Both the position numbers and the translations under genes were made by a program. DNA of 64,000 nt from contig CAYJRN010000001.1 of the NCBI GenBank assembly GCA_964372915.1, positions 100,305 through 164,304 of the forward strand. The letters are read 5' to 3'. The notes below the pieces were generated by a model. That model was not told where the DNA came from, searched no databases, and saw only the letters and a program-made list of their open reading frames with translations. Below, in pieces: positions 55,800 to 64,000 of this stretch; the first letter of the stretch is position 1; each line of letters begins with the position of its first letter. Origin of the DNA: an uncultured Planctomycetales bacterium (GTDB taxonomy: Bacteria > Omnitrophota > Gorgyraeia > Zapsychrales > JAHFFX01).

Positions 55800-56363
55800 C
55801 TATTTTGTTAACCGGAAAGAATTGACCATCCCCATCACCGCCAAGAGATTGTCATCGAATTGTTGGGATTGAGCGGTGAAAAATATGGAATAAAAGGAGT
55901 TCTCCCCCGCCATGATAACCACCGTCATTATCTTAAGCGGACTATTTTCCTTGGCCGCGTAGATGATCCTGTAGGCCGAAAGACCGTTAACATTAACAGG
56001 AATGTTTTCGATGATATTCATGTCCTGGAAGGTGGCGCTCAGCTGACTCACCGCTCGATCCGCAAACTGCTTTAAGGTCAACGGATCCGCCGACATATCC
56101 TGATAGACAATGTTCACGTTCTCCAGGAATTGATCCATTTCCGTTTCCTTAGGAGAAACAAAAGCCACAATGGTGCCCCCTTCCCCTTCTACAATTGAAT
56201 AACCGCTAGGATATTTCATGCTGAAACCATAATCCTTATTTTCATAAATGGCATAGCCGCCCAAGAACTTCGAATACAAATATATCCCCACAATGAAGAA
56301 TAAAATTATGAGCGGAACAATGATATAAATGTTCGTTATGGGACTCTTGTTTTTCTCAACCAT
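55800..56363 (-). CDS. Membrane-anchored hypothetical protein (DcrB/PsbP-like fold suspected)
   Basis: N-terminal TM helix then a ~150-aa beta-rich domain; no motif I recognise. Confidence 0.3.
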   Translation of the reverse strand: MVEKNKSPITNIYIIVPLIILFFIVGIYLYSKFLGGYAIYENKDYGFSMKYPSGYSIVEGEGGTIVAFVSPKETEMDQFLENVNIVYQDMSADPLTLKQFADRAVSQLSATFQDMNIIENIPVNVNGLSAYRIIYAAKENSPLKIMTVVIMAGENSFYSIFFTAQSQQFDDNLLAVMGMVNSFRLTK

Positions 56364-56374
56364 AAGACGAACCC

Positions 56375-58519
56375 TCAGCTCTTAAAAAACTTCTCGTTTT
56401 TCTCATTTAAGATTAAAAGATAGCGGCAGGGCTTAAATCGCTCGGCCTGCAGCTCAAGGGCCAAGCGTTCCAAATCCTCAACGACGTTCTTAATACCAAC
56501 ACGATCCGCGTAACGCAGAAGCCCGCCGCGAAACGGCGGAAAACCCGTACCCATTATCATCCCGATATCCACCGCGCCCGGATCATCGACGATTTCTTCC
56601 TCCAGACATCGTGCCGCTTCGTTGATCATCACGTACATCATTCGCTTAAGACTCTCCTGGGAATCGAATCGGCGCCGGTTTTTGACAGCTACCAAAGGAC
56701 CAATCATCGGATTGACGGAACGATTCCGGCCGTAAAGATAAAAACCTTTGCCTGATTTTTTGCCCAAAAGCTTTGCCTCAAAAACGCGCTCAAACGTTTC
56801 AACGGCCTTGAATCGGACTCCCAGGCCATGTTCAAGAATATGCAAGACCTTGAGCCCTACGTCTAAGCCCACCTCATCACTTAACGCCAAAGGCCCCATC
56901 GGCATCCCGAAAGCCGTCACTACTTGATCAATGGTTTGAATGGCGGCTCCCTCCTCCAGCAGATGTCCCGCCTCGTTCATATAGGCAAGAAGAATTCTGT
57001 TGACCAAAAACCCACAGGAATCTTTGACGAGAATCGGTGTTTTTCCTAAAAGCTTGACGAGAAACAGCGTCAAAGCAATCGTTTCTTTAGAAGTTACCTC
57101 GGTCTTGATGACTTCAATCAAAGGCATCCGGTGGACGGGATTGAAAAAATGCAGACCGATGACCTGGGAGGGATCGCGCGTCTCTCGGGCCATCTCGGTG
57201 ACGGAGAGTGCCGAGGTGTTTGTGCACAGAATGGTATCCGCGCTGACAACACCGCTTAGTTCGTGAAAAATTTTTTTCTTAACCTCCCTATTCTCAACAA
57301 CCGCCTCGATCACAACGTCCGCATTCTTGAATCCGCTGTAGTCAAGAGTCGCGGTGATCGCGGACATCCTCACATTGGCCTGCGCCTGGGTCAAACGTTT
57401 TTTCTGCACGGCTTGGCTGGTGATTTTACTCGCCGCCTTCAAGCCTTGCGCGATCGCCTCATAATGAACATCCTTCAAGCGAACACGAATACCGTTGTCA
57501 CTCAACAACTGTGCGATGCCCCCTCCCATGACCCCCGCTCCCAATACGGCAGCCTTGCGAATTTTCTTCAAGGGAAGATTCTCGGTGCCGGGGAAGGTCA
57601 GTTTCTTATATTTCTCCGAGAGATAAAACACTTTGACCAAATTTTTTGAAACCTCCGTGATGACCATTTCACTAAAACCTTTGGCTTCCAGATCCAGAGC
57701 TTGCTGACGGGGACGGCCGTAAGCCTTTTGCATGACCTCAAGCGCTTTTAAAGGCGCCGGATAAAACCCTTGAGCGGCCTGCAGAATCGACTTGCGGGAT
57801 TCGCTAAAAAGAAGCCTGCGGCCGATGGAAAAATCCTCAAGAAGCTTTTGCCGAAGATTCTCTTTGGGCTTTTGAGGAAGTCTGTTTTCCTTAATATCTT
57901 TCAAAAATTGGCGCAACTGACTCTCGATCCCTTTTTGCGGCACCAAACGGTCAACGAGCCCCATCTTCAGAGCTTCCTGGCTCGAAACAACTTTGCAGGT
58001 GACGATCATCCGGATGCCCCGTTCCAGCCCCACAACTTTCGGCAGGCGGTATGTGCCGCCGAACCCGGGAATGATGCCTAGGTTCACTTCCGGCAGTCCG
58101 ATTCTTACCTTTTCACTGAAGGTCGCGACGCGGTAACGGCAGGCGAGCGCCAATTCGCAGCCTCCTCCCAACGCCGCGCCGTCAATCACGGCCACCGTCG
58201 GGATGGAAAGATCCTCGAGTTTATTGAAAATCCTTTGTCCGGCCCTGGATTTACCTTCGCCATCCTCACGGGTCACGATCCCATCGATCTCTTTGATGTC
58301 CGCTCCGGCAATGAAGATGTCTTTTTTCTTGCTGACAAAAAAAACGGCTTTTAGAGACGCGTTGTTTTTCACTTGATCGAGAGTTTCCTCCAATCGCTTT
58401 AAAACCTCCGAGGTCAGGATATTGACCTTGGCCTCAGGGTGATCGAACTCGATGGTGCCGATGTTATCGTCTTTGTAAAAATTAACGGACATTGTTATTT
58501 CGCTTACACCTATTGTCAT
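56375..58519 (-). CDS. fadB: Fatty-acid oxidation complex alpha subunit (enoyl-CoA hydratase / 3-hydroxyacyl-CoA dehydrogenase)
   Basis: Crotonase N-domain and 3HCDH Rossmann (AAVLGAGVMGGGIA). I place the start at the ATG (58519) overlapping the fadA stop (ATGA). Confidence 0.85.
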   Translation of the reverse strand: MTIGVSEITMSVNFYKDDNIGTIEFDHPEAKVNILTSEVLKRLEETLDQVKNNASLKAVFFVSKKKDIFIAGADIKEIDGIVTREDGEGKSRAGQRIFNKLEDLSIPTVAVIDGAALGGGCELALACRYRVATFSEKVRIGLPEVNLGIIPGFGGTYRLPKVVGLERGIRMIVTCKVVSSQEALKMGLVDRLVPQKGIESQLRQFLKDIKENRLPQKPKENLRQKLLEDFSIGRRLLFSESRKSILQAAQGFYPAPLKALEVMQKAYGRPRQQALDLEAKGFSEMVITEVSKNLVKVFYLSEKYKKLTFPGTENLPLKKIRKAAVLGAGVMGGGIAQLLSDNGIRVRLKDVHYEAIAQGLKAASKITSQAVQKKRLTQAQANVRMSAITATLDYSGFKNADVVIEAVVENREVKKKIFHELSGVVSADTILCTNTSALSVTEMARETRDPSQVIGLHFFNPVHRMPLIEVIKTEVTSKETIALTLFLVKLLGKTPILVKDSCGFLVNRILLAYMNEAGHLLEEGAAIQTIDQVVTAFGMPMGPLALSDEVGLDVGLKVLHILEHGLGVRFKAVETFERVFEAKLLGKKSGKGFYLYGRNRSVNPMIGPLVAVKNRRRFDSQESLKRMMYVMINEAARCLEEEIVDDPGAVDIGMIMGTGFPPFRGGLLRYADRVGIKNVVEDLERLALELQAERFKPCRYLLILNEKNEKFFKS

Positions 58520-59790
58520 CTCTCCACGATCGCCGCCGCCCCTTGCCCGCCGCCGACGCACAAGGAAATGAGACCCACGTTGAGATTTTTTCTTTTGAGA
58601 TGTTTGAGCATCGTCAAGATAAGGCGCGAGCCGCTCGCCCCTACGGGATGACCCAGCGCAATCGCTCCTCCGTTCACGTTCAAAATGCCGCGGTCAATGG
58701 GGCCTGCGTATCCTTCGTAACCAAACTCGCGGGCGAATTCATTGGAATCCAGAGACCGCAGGACGGCGAGCACCTGCGCGGCAAACGCTTCATTGATCTC
58801 GATGGCCTGCATCTGTCTTAAACTCATTCCCGATTTTTTAAGGACTTTGGGAATCGCGTGCGCCGGGCCGATTCCCATCCGCGCGGGCTCCACCCCGGCA
58901 AACGCGAAGGCTTTTAAATATCCCAAGGGTTCCAATCCCAATTCGCGAGCGCGCCCCTCCGAGGTGACCAAAAGCGCCGCCGCTCCATCGGTCACCTGAC
59001 TGGAATTGCCGGCCGTTACCGTACCACTGTATTTGTCAAAAATGGGCTTAAGTTTAGCCAAAGCCTCCAGCGTTTGATTCTCGCGCGGGCCGTTGTCGAA
59101 CTCGACGACTTGTTTGAATTTGGGGGAGGGAATAACCGGAACAATTTCTTCTTGAAGTACCGCTCGTCCCCTCATGGCCCGTTGATGGCTCATCAAAGCA
59201 AATTCATCCTGTTCTTCTCTGCTGATTCCGAACTCCTTGGCCAAAACTTCCGCGGTCTGGCCCATATTCAATCCGCAGACGGGATCGGTGAGTCCCAAGT
59301 TGAGCCCAATCCGAGGAGAAAAATGTTTCGGCCGCAATCGGATGATGGCTTGAAATTTTTCCAGCACCGATTTGGCGCGGTTGACTTTGGTCAAAATTTC
59401 CTGCAAGTCTTTGCTTAAAAAAAATGGAATGTTGCTCATCGATTCCGTCCCGCCGGCCAAGAGGCATTGCGCTTCGCCGGCCTGAATCCGCAGAGCCGCC
59501 GTGACCAGGGATTCAAGGCCCGAGGCGCAATTACGGTTCACCGTAAAGGCCGGCGTTGTTTTGGGAATTCCGCTCAACAAGGCAATGACTCTGGAAATAT
59601 TAGCCGCGTCCGGCGGCTGCGCGACGTTCCCGAAGATGACCTCATCGATATTTTGAGGCTCAAGGCCGGTGCGCTCCAAAAGTTCACGGGTGGCCGCGAC
59701 CGCCAGTTCCTGCGCGCTCATATCGTTAAAAAGCGTCCCCATTTTGCAGAAGGGAGTTCGTATGCCGTCGACAATCACGATGCGTTCCAT
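58516..59790 (-). CDS. fadA: Acetyl-CoA C-acyltransferase (3-ketoacyl-CoA thiolase)
   Basis: Thiolase N- and C-domains with the active-site Cys region (NRNCASGLE) and C-terminal GLISLCVGGGQGAA. Confidence 0.9.
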   Translation of the reverse strand: MERIVIVDGIRTPFCKMGTLFNDMSAQELAVAATRELLERTGLEPQNIDEVIFGNVAQPPDAANISRVIALLSGIPKTTPAFTVNRNCASGLESLVTAALRIQAGEAQCLLAGGTESMSNIPFFLSKDLQEILTKVNRAKSVLEKFQAIIRLRPKHFSPRIGLNLGLTDPVCGLNMGQTAEVLAKEFGISREEQDEFALMSHQRAMRGRAVLQEEIVPVIPSPKFKQVVEFDNGPRENQTLEALAKLKPIFDKYSGTVTAGNSSQVTDGAAALLVTSEGRARELGLEPLGYLKAFAFAGVEPARMGIGPAHAIPKVLKKSGMSLRQMQAIEINEAFAAQVLAVLRSLDSNEFAREFGYEGYAGPIDRGILNVNGGAIALGHPVGASGSRLILTMLKHLKRKNLNVGLISLCVGGGQGAAAIVER

Positions 59791-59800
59791 AGTCGTATCT

Positions 59801-59870
59801 CCTCAGCGGTAAGCGTATAGCGGTTAGCGGATAGTACAACAAAAAGAATTAATTCACTGACCGCTATTCG
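59801..59870. promoter_or_regulatory. Imperfect 19-bp inverted repeat (AGCGGTAAGCGTATAGCGG ... CCGCTATTCGCTGTCCGCT) upstream of fadA
   Basis: 16 of 19 positions complementary with a 32-nt spacer, in the fadA promoter region. Confidence 0.35.
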
Positions 59871-59884
59871 CTGTCCGCTGTACG

Positions 59885-61369
59885 CTATTTCGGCCTCGTG
59901 TCCAAAATCCTTTTCTCTTTATTCGCCGTCTCCAAATCAAGGCGTTTGACAAGTTCATCCAGAGGCAAGAAGACGATGCCGTTGGGCGCGACTTCTGTCC
60001 CTATCTTGATTTTATTGCGGACATCCGACTCCAGCTTCAGGCGATCCGCGTCCGGTTTGGAAGCAATATAAACAACCAGCTCATCAACCTCATGGGGATC
60101 ATTGTTTTTCTTCCGGATTTCGATCTGCCATTCCACAATCGAACCAAAATCATTCAAGATGGCGGCAAAGTCATTAAGATTGACCAGAGACCCTTTGATC
60201 TTGGAAAGTTGCAGGCCTTGAATATCGGAAATGCGCGTGATGTCACTCGAGAGTCTCGCGACGGTACGCCCACAGTAGGAACAAGGCGCGTAAGAGACCC
60301 CGCCTTTCAGGTAATCCCCCGTGCGGTAACGGACGACCACAGAACAGCGGGAATTCAAAGCTGTGTAAACGATCTCGCCGTCCTGGCCTTCGCCTTTCAC
60401 CTCGCCGGTCTTAGGATCGATGATCTCAATGATCTCTTGATCCGGATAAAGATGATAGCCGCTGGAGATTCCGGGCTTCGTGGGGCATTCGGCCCACGCG
60501 GCGCGCGCTTCGGTAAAACCATAGGTTCCAAACACTGAAACGCCGGTGGCTCCCATAGATTTTAGAAGCTCGATGATCTTTTCCTTAAATCCTTCCGTGA
60601 CCCGGGCCGCCCCCAGAACGATTTTCTTCACGTACTCCATTCGGCAGCCTTTTTCCTGCGCGAGTCTCAAGACGTGATAGACGTAACTGGGAACACCCAA
60701 AATCACCGACGGTCTCATCCGCACAATAGCCGAAATGTTCCCTTCCGTTCCCATCACCTTCCCGCCGCCGGAGCTAAAGATCATGACACAGGAGGAAAGT
60801 CCGCCAAAAACCACTTGCCAGAAAGCCAGGTGCGGGGCGTACGGGAAGATGTTCATCACGCGCTCATCGTTCTTGATTTCAAAAAGGCTGAGCATTCTGG
60901 AACCAGAGAGATGAAGGTTCTGCATGTCATGGTGGCTGTAAAGAAAGGACACCGGCTTATTGGTGGTGCCGGTGGTGAAGGTGATGAAACATGGCCGATA
61001 CTGTCGGGACAATTTCTCCTGAGCTTCGGCTCTTCCCAAGATAACGGAATCAGTCAACAAACCCAGTTTCTTCTCAATGGGCCAGAACCGCGTGATCTTT
61101 TCCTGATCCGGCTGCAGGACAAATTCCTTGAATTTTTCGGGATGTGCGGGGGTGGCGATAAAATCGTTTTTGCTGGTGAAAGGAATGTGTTTCAGATCTT
61201 CGACGGTACGAATGTCGCGAGGATGAATCTTGTGATCATCGAAAAGCTTGCGGTAATAAGGACTGAAGGGATAAACTTCTTCATTGATAAACTCACGGAG
61301 CTTTCTATTTTGTAAAGCACGAATCTCTTCTTTGTTAAGACCTGCCAGTGTTCCCCATGGATCCAGCAT
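59885..61369 (-). CDS. Adenylate-forming enzyme of the phenylacetate-CoA ligase (PaaK) / coenzyme F390 synthetase family
   Basis: 494 aa; N-terminal LQNRKLREFI, AMP-binding core TSGTTNKP-like (TTGTTNKP) and the family hinge region. Confidence 0.65.
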   Translation of the reverse strand: MLDPWGTLAGLNKEEIRALQNRKLREFINEEVYPFSPYYRKLFDDHKIHPRDIRTVEDLKHIPFTSKNDFIATPAHPEKFKEFVLQPDQEKITRFWPIEKKLGLLTDSVILGRAEAQEKLSRQYRPCFITFTTGTTNKPVSFLYSHHDMQNLHLSGSRMLSLFEIKNDERVMNIFPYAPHLAFWQVVFGGLSSCVMIFSSGGGKVMGTEGNISAIVRMRPSVILGVPSYVYHVLRLAQEKGCRMEYVKKIVLGAARVTEGFKEKIIELLKSMGATGVSVFGTYGFTEARAAWAECPTKPGISSGYHLYPDQEIIEIIDPKTGEVKGEGQDGEIVYTALNSRCSVVVRYRTGDYLKGGVSYAPCSYCGRTVARLSSDITRISDIQGLQLSKIKGSLVNLNDFAAILNDFGSIVEWQIEIRKKNNDPHEVDELVVYIASKPDADRLKLESDVRNKIKIGTEVAPNGIVFLPLDELVKRLDLETANKEKRILDTRPK

Positions 61370-61468
61370 TTTGTTCTGATCTCTCTCGTTTTATTGATTA
61401 ACGGCTACTGCCGGTGTTTGAAAGTGGTTTTATTATAACAATATCCGAAGAGAGTCACAAACAAATCA

Positions 61469-61894
61469 TTAAGATTCTACGCCAATTCCGTATTCATAGA
61501 CCAGGCGCCCGCCGTTGTAGGCGGCCAGGGAAACCGAGGCAACGATCATGGCCAGCAAAATCAAAAACACAACTCTAAAGTATGGGGTGATTTTCTTTTT
61601 AAAGAGCCACAAAATCGGCAAGGAAAGAAGAGAGGTCCACATCGTCAGGTAGGCGAATCTCTGATGGGTATCCAGAACCGGATGGTGGATTTTATGTTCT
61701 TGCGCCTCTTGTAAACCGGTCCAGACCACCAGAGGAGTAACGATGACCGCGAGAATATAAAGGCAAAATGCAGTCTGATGAAGAACTTCCCTTCGAGTGA
61801 TCCAACACATCAACTCGAACAACAGCGCGCTGATAAAAAGGGCTATCGGGAAATGCACCACCGCCGGGTGCAGGTGAATGTCAATGCCGAACAT
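61469..61894 (-). CDS. DUF2231-like membrane protein
   Basis: HPAVVHFPIALFISALL motif. The start is the ATG at 61894, behind AAGGAGGGG; the ORF-track start at 61921 abuts the terminator hairpin with no RBS. Confidence 0.5.
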   Translation of the reverse strand: MFGIDIHLHPAVVHFPIALFISALLFELMCWITRREVLHQTAFCLYILAVIVTPLVVWTGLQEAQEHKIHHPVLDTHQRFAYLTMWTSLLSLPILWLFKKKITPYFRVVFLILLAMIVASVSLAAYNGGRLVYEYGIGVES

Positions 61895-61920
61895 CGTGTC
61901 CCCTCCTTTAAATAAGCACA

Positions 61921-61960
61921 TAAGTTACGTCGTCCGCCTTTGGCGGACGACGTAACTTAT
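61921..61960. terminator. 18-bp perfect inverted repeat hairpin (TAAGTTACGTCGTCCGCC tttg GGCGGACGACGTAACTTA)
   Basis: It lies between the stop of the 62009-62353 gene and the start of the 61469 gene, both on the - strand. Confidence 0.7.
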
Positions 61961-62008
61961 AAGTACGAATTTACCCCAAAGCTGCGACGAGTAGGAGCAG
62001 CGTGGGGT

Positions 62009-62353
62009 CTAATACTTCCCATGATCGTGATCATGGGCGTCCGCTGCCGGGGCTTCTTTGCTCAGTTCCTCCAATTTCTTAATGGCGGCTTCGGGATCCT
62101 TTTTAAAATCCTTCTCGCACATCTGGCAGCAAAGGTTGTAGATTTTGCCGTTGTGTTCCATCTTGCCGGCCTTGGCAAGATCCTTGATCTTCTCGCCGGT
62201 GATCGGACAGATTGCGTTGCCGACCTCAACGGGTACAGCCGTTTCCACAGCCGGGGCCATGGTCGTGGCATCGCCAGCCTTTTCCTCCGCGTACAAAAAA
62301 CCAGCGGAAGCACATAATAGAATTGCTGCTAGAACCAATGAACCATACTTCAT
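62009..62353 (-). CDS. Small secreted Cys/His-rich putative metal-binding protein (YHS/TRASH-like)
   Basis: Signal peptide; CPITGEKI...KIYNLCCQMCEKDF; C-terminal HDHDHGKY. It is downstream of an RND pump gene. Confidence 0.4.
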   Translation of the reverse strand: MKYGSLVLAAILLCASAGFLYAEEKAGDATTMAPAVETAVPVEVGNAICPITGEKIKDLAKAGKMEHNGKIYNLCCQMCEKDFKKDPEAAIKKLEELSKEAPAADAHDHDHGKY

Positions 62354-62406
62354 GTCGCTACTCCTTCCATTAACTTCTGCCTCCTCTTGTTTTCTAAAAC
62401 AAGATA

Positions 62407-64000
62407 TTAAGAAGCAGTTTTCTTCATTTCAAAGTTCCATTTCCAAATAGCGTAGATGACCGGATACACTAACAATTCAAGGATGAATGACGTGAAAAGC
62501 CCGCCGACCATCGGAGCCGCGATCCTTTTCATTAAGTCCGCCCCCGCTCCCACCGACCACATAATAGGCAGAAGCCCGATGAACGCCGCCATCACCGTCA
62601 TCATTTTGGGGCGCACGCGCTTGACCGCGCCATAGACGATGGCCTCTTCCAAATCCTTTTCCGTCTTCATCTTTCCGGCTCTTTTAGCTTCTTCATAAGC
62701 CAGGTCCAAAAACAGCAACATAAAAACACCCGTTTCGGCATCCAGTCCCATTAAGGCGATCATCCCCACCCAAACGGCAATGGAGACATTATACCCCAAT
62801 ATCCACAAAAGCCAAACAGCGCCGATCAAAGAAAAAGGAACCGCCAGAAGAACAATCAAGGTCTTGACCATCGACCGTGTATTGAAATATAACAGCATAC
62901 AAATGATAAAAAGAGTCAGAGGAAGAACAATTTTTAAGCGTTCTTTGACACGGAGCATATTTTCGTATTGGCCGCTCCAGATCAACCCATAACCTTGGGG
63001 AAGTTTGAGTTCTTTGGTGACCTTGGCCTTGGCTTCCTCGACATAACTGCCGATATCACGACCCGTCATGTCCACAAAAACATAGCCGGCCAGGAGTCCG
63101 TTTTCGTTACGGATCATCGACGGCCCCGAACGCACCACAATGTCGGCAATCTGGGCAAGAGGAATCTGCTGGCCTGAAGGTGTTGGAACCAAAACTCTTT
63201 TCAAATGTTCAACGTCGTCACGCAAATCGCGCGGATAGCGAACATTGATGGGGTACCGTTCCCTCCCTTCGATCGTTGTGGAAATATTCTCTCCGCCGAT
63301 TGCCGATAGTATGACCATCTGCGCGTCCTCAACTGAAAGGCCATAACGCGCGAGCTCTTCGCGTTTAAGGTCAAAGTCTAAGAAATATCCTCCCACCGCG
63401 CGCTCGGCAAAAACACTTCTAGTTCCCGGAATATCCTTGATGATCATTTCGACGCGAGCGCCAATCTCTTCGATCTTTTTGAGATCATCTCCAAGGATCT
63501 TAATGCCAACGGGAGTGCGTACGCCCGTTGATAACATATCGATCCGGTTCTTGATGGGCATGGTCCAGGCATTGGTGGTCCCTGGAATCTTGAGCGCCTT
63601 GTCCATCTCATCAATCAATTCTTCATGCGAGATATTGTCCGGCCAAAACCGACGGAACAACCCCTGTGCCCCATTCGGCAGTCCAGAGTAAAAGCGTTTT
63701 ACCTTGCGCCACTCTTCTTTGGGTTTGAGCATCACCACTGTTTCCATCATGGAAAATGGGGCCGGGTCCGTAGAACTTTCAATCCGGCCGGCCTTACCAA
63801 AAACTTTTTCAACTTCCGGAAAACTTTTGAGGATTTGGTCCTGTGTTTGTAAAAGCTTTTGAGCCTCGGTCACGGAAATGCCCGGCAAGGTGATCGGCAT
63901 GTAAAGAATATCCCCTTCCCATAACGGCGGCATGAATTCCGATCCTAATTTCAGATAAACGGGAATCGTCGTGAGAACCAGAATCAACGCCGTAATGATG
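62407..64000 (-). CDS. RND efflux permease (AcrB/CusA/CzcA superfamily), C-terminal ~530 aa; N-terminus beyond window
   Basis: The ORF is open to the window end. Periplasmic subdomains and TM7-12 are typical of RND permeases. Confidence 0.8.
   Translation of the reverse strand, partial: IITALILVLTTIPVYLKLGSEFMPPLWEGDILYMPITLPGISVTEAQKLLQTQDQILKSFPEVEKVFGKAGRIESSTDPAPFSMMETVVMLKPKEEWRKVKRFYSGLPNGAQGLFRRFWPDNISHEELIDEMDKALKIPGTTNAWTMPIKNRIDMLSTGVRTPVGIKILGDDLKKIEEIGARVEMIIKDIPGTRSVFAERAVGGYFLDFDLKREELARYGLSVEDAQMVILSAIGGENISTTIEGRERYPINVRYPRDLRDDVEHLKRVLVPTPSGQQIPLAQIADIVVRSGPSMIRNENGLLAGYVFVDMTGRDIGSYVEEAKAKVTKELKLPQGYGLIWSGQYENMLRVKERLKIVLPLTLFIICMLLYFNTRSMVKTLIVLLAVPFSLIGAVWLLWILGYNVSIAVWVGMIALMGLDAETGVFMLLFLDLAYEEAKRAGKMKTEKDLEEAIVYGAVKRVRPKMMTVMAAFIGLLPIMWSVGAGADLMKRIAAPMVGGLFTSFILELLVYPVIYAIWKWNFEMKKTAS

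Noticed and set aside
1-64000. CRISPR arrays, rRNA genes, transposases
   Set aside because: No regularly spaced short direct repeats, no 16S/23S/5S signatures and no transposase or integrase-like ORFs were seen.
1-64000. Recurring AGTAC / CCAGTAC motif at several hairpins (4368, 8375, 10417, 39289, 52426, 59828)
   Set aside because: A 5-mer is expected about 60 times per strand in 64 kb by chance. Only the instances inside R1 module b are part of a genuinely repeated unit.

Overview
This 64-kb window (about 50% GC) reads as ordinary chromosomal DNA from an uncultivated-type bacterium. Genes are tightly packed in long co-directional operons: the + strand carries most of 1-41.6 kb, the - strand most of 42-64 kb. 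I found no CRISPR array, integrase, transposase or rRNA.

Recognisable content, in order:
- mgtC (5'-partial), a bactofilin-HTH fusion gene, a second HTH gene, tRNA-Met and a DoxX gene.
- tilS-ftsH-folP-cdaA, a 36-aa cdaR stub, then pdxJ-acpS-nnrD.
- A cobalamin riboswitch with terminator driving metE and a TonB-dependent receptor.
- A PPi-dependent phosphofructokinase, then a tRNA cluster of Thr, Tyr, a Gly 5' fragment and Gly.
- A GT2 glycosyltransferase, gpsA and tRNA-Pro.
- A PilZ-hom-thrC-coaB operon continuing with a PGM-like proposed homoserine kinase, lysC, cimA and valS.
- A cluster of three prepilin-type (pseudopilin-like) genes.
- nadC and a coxMSL-like molybdenum hydroxylase with mocA/xdhC accessories.
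- On the - strand: a DUF134 regulator, a GAF sensor, a heme/siroheme operon (hemL, hemB, hemC-cobA-hemD fusion), a cNMP-binding patatin-like protein, fadBA, an acyl-CoA dehydrogenase, a PaaK-like ligase and a partial RND efflux pump.

Findings most worth a second look:
- Two families of near-identical dispersed intergenic repeats. One (4 copies) always sits in the 5' leader just upstream of the ribosome-binding site of - strand genes and carries a sigma70-like -35 box plus a CU-rich hairpin.
- Triplication of the tRNA-Met 5' end and promoter next to the HTH_17 gene pair.
- A cdaR remnant followed by palindromic GC-rich non-coding DNA.
- A promoter and terminator bounding about 190 nt of candidate sRNA upstream of the pilin cluster.
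- A cNMP / pseudo-ParA / patatin three-domain protein.
- A HemC-CobA-HemD fusion whose HemC part seems to lack domain 3.
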